Shown here piece after piece: positions 62,741 through 64,000 of a stretch of 64,000 nt of DNA. Source of the stretch: Microthyrium microscopicum (lineage: Eukaryota); assembly GCA_010405405.1 (NCBI GenBank), contig MU004233.1:1625122-1689121 (forward strand), read 5' to 3'. Numbering within the stretch: the first letter of the stretch is position 1; each line of letters starts with the position of its first letter. A program made the position numbers and the translations under genes. A model generated the notes under the pieces. It worked only from the letters and a program-made list of their open reading frames with translations, had not been told where the DNA came from and searched no databases.

Positions 62741-63645
62741 GACTGCTAAGATTTTTCAAAAGTATTCGACAGGATAAGAGGTAAAAAATGTGGGCAGAGG
62801 GAATCTGTTAAGCTGAGAACGCGTCTTTGGTCTGGCGACGTGTTCTGGTCCGGTCATAAAGCCATCTTTTTCAGGGGCTAAGGAAATTGAAAGACCAACC
62901 TCGCAAAATCTTTTAGATGGCCATCAATGCGCGGTCTTCTGGGAATTTTACCTTGCTCCTCAAACCTGACCAATTTCCAGTCGACGGGTAGGCTTCAACT
63001 AGCTGCCTTTATCAATCCTCGTCCTGTCAAGAGTTGTTCGGAGCTCAGGCGAATGCCCGAACCTGCACAAACAGTCAAGACAGTCTACCATCGGCAATGG
63101 ATTTGGGTTCTTGATCATAAATAATTGACACCAGATTGACCATCCAAGTCGATCTAAGCCATTCAGTACGATCTGAAGACGCAGTGGGATATACCCTGGA
63201 CTGCTAGAGATGGGGAGGTTCATAACAAATTTGCCCGATACCCAGTCGACAATATACAGCCTGTGAGCAACAGTTCCCAGTAGGGTTCTCGACAGAAATG
63301 CTGATCACTTTCCTCAACTGATATAATCATTTTGTGTATGGGGACATAATAATTATGAAGGCCAGATTGATTGATCAAAAGAAACAACTTAACAAGGAGT
63401 ATATCGTTTGGTGGACAATCTGATACCAGCTGCTCGCGGTTCGTATCAGAGTCCCGTGGCATGAAATGCTACAGCTTTTGGATTCAGGTGGAATGCCGCT
63501 GGAGCATATCAGATTTCGAAGAGCTTGGAGTTTTCATCAGAGTAAGATCTGGTGGCGCCTCATGTATCGTGAATTTTCTGATGTTAAAGAGTGCGAGCAT
63601 GGAGATGTTGTTGAACAAGAGATATACTGATCTTTAGGCCTCTAA

Positions 63646-64000
63646 AAGCTCTTGGACCTGGAAGGCCGCTTTCCGCTCTTCATGTGGTTTGTTGAGCAGA
63701 TCCCATTAAAGCCACTTCAGCATTTTTTCAATGGACCAGATCGGCTTTACAAATGTGGCACGGATGCATTCAACAAGTATATCAATCTTTTTGGCCGGAC
63801 TTCAAATCGCAAGGATATAGTTGCCAGAATGCTTGAAAAGCCGGCTAAGGGGGTGGAAGGACTATCGGATTATCTGGTTGCACTAGAAATCGCCAATTTG
63901 ACCTTTGCGGCCACTGACACTACATCAGTTGTTCTAACATTCCTATTCTGGGAGCTGGCTCGAAATTCACAATTACAAACGAAATTGAGAACTGAATTAC
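63646..64000 (+). pseudogene. Cytochrome P450 internal fragment (runs off the right edge; 5' part not recognisable)
   Basis: Manual translation ...RKDIVARML...LSDYLVALEIANLTFAATDTTSVVLTFLFWELARNSQLQTKLRTEL is a P450 I/J helix. In-frame TAA at 63643-63645 and no identifiable N-terminal exons upstream. Confidence 0.65.

Noticed and set aside
1..64000. tRNA, rRNA or CRISPR arrays
   Set aside because: None recognised by eye; the sequence is eukaryotic. A tRNAscan-SE/Infernal run would be needed to exclude small RNA genes.

Overview
Genomic window of a filamentous ascomycete (spliceosomal GT-AG introns with CTAAC/CTGAC branch points, a RIP-mutated transposon). It holds about 23 apparently intact genes plus several decayed ones. 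Housekeeping genes include SUA5 (partial), MCM2, a UBR7/Mlo2-like E3, two amino-acid permeases, a CorA Mg2+ transporter, a (6-4) photolyase/cryptochrome, NADAR, a CYP52-like P450, a DsbA-like protein, SGNH and type-B esterases and a GH55 glucanase. Main unusual content: (1) six divergent intronless paralogues with an F-box-like N-terminus and a shared uncharacterised C-terminal signature, in two tandem clusters about 35 kb apart, two of them pseudogenes; (2) a complete 3.1 kb Mutator-like element with 83-bp TIRs, a 9-bp TSD and a de-RIP-readable DDE transposase with an intron, at the 3' end of a HET-domain relic; (3) a three-exon 78-aa secreted Gly-rich peptide gene missed by the ORF track, whose 24-bp micro-exon encodes exactly one repeat unit; (4) two near-perfect long intergenic inverted repeats with unrelated arms but a short shared loop motif; (5) a decayed Kin1-like pseudokinase and a J-domain-less Hsp40-like protein. 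All calls come from manual reading and motif recognition. No database searches were run, and exon boundaries not stated explicitly are approximate.
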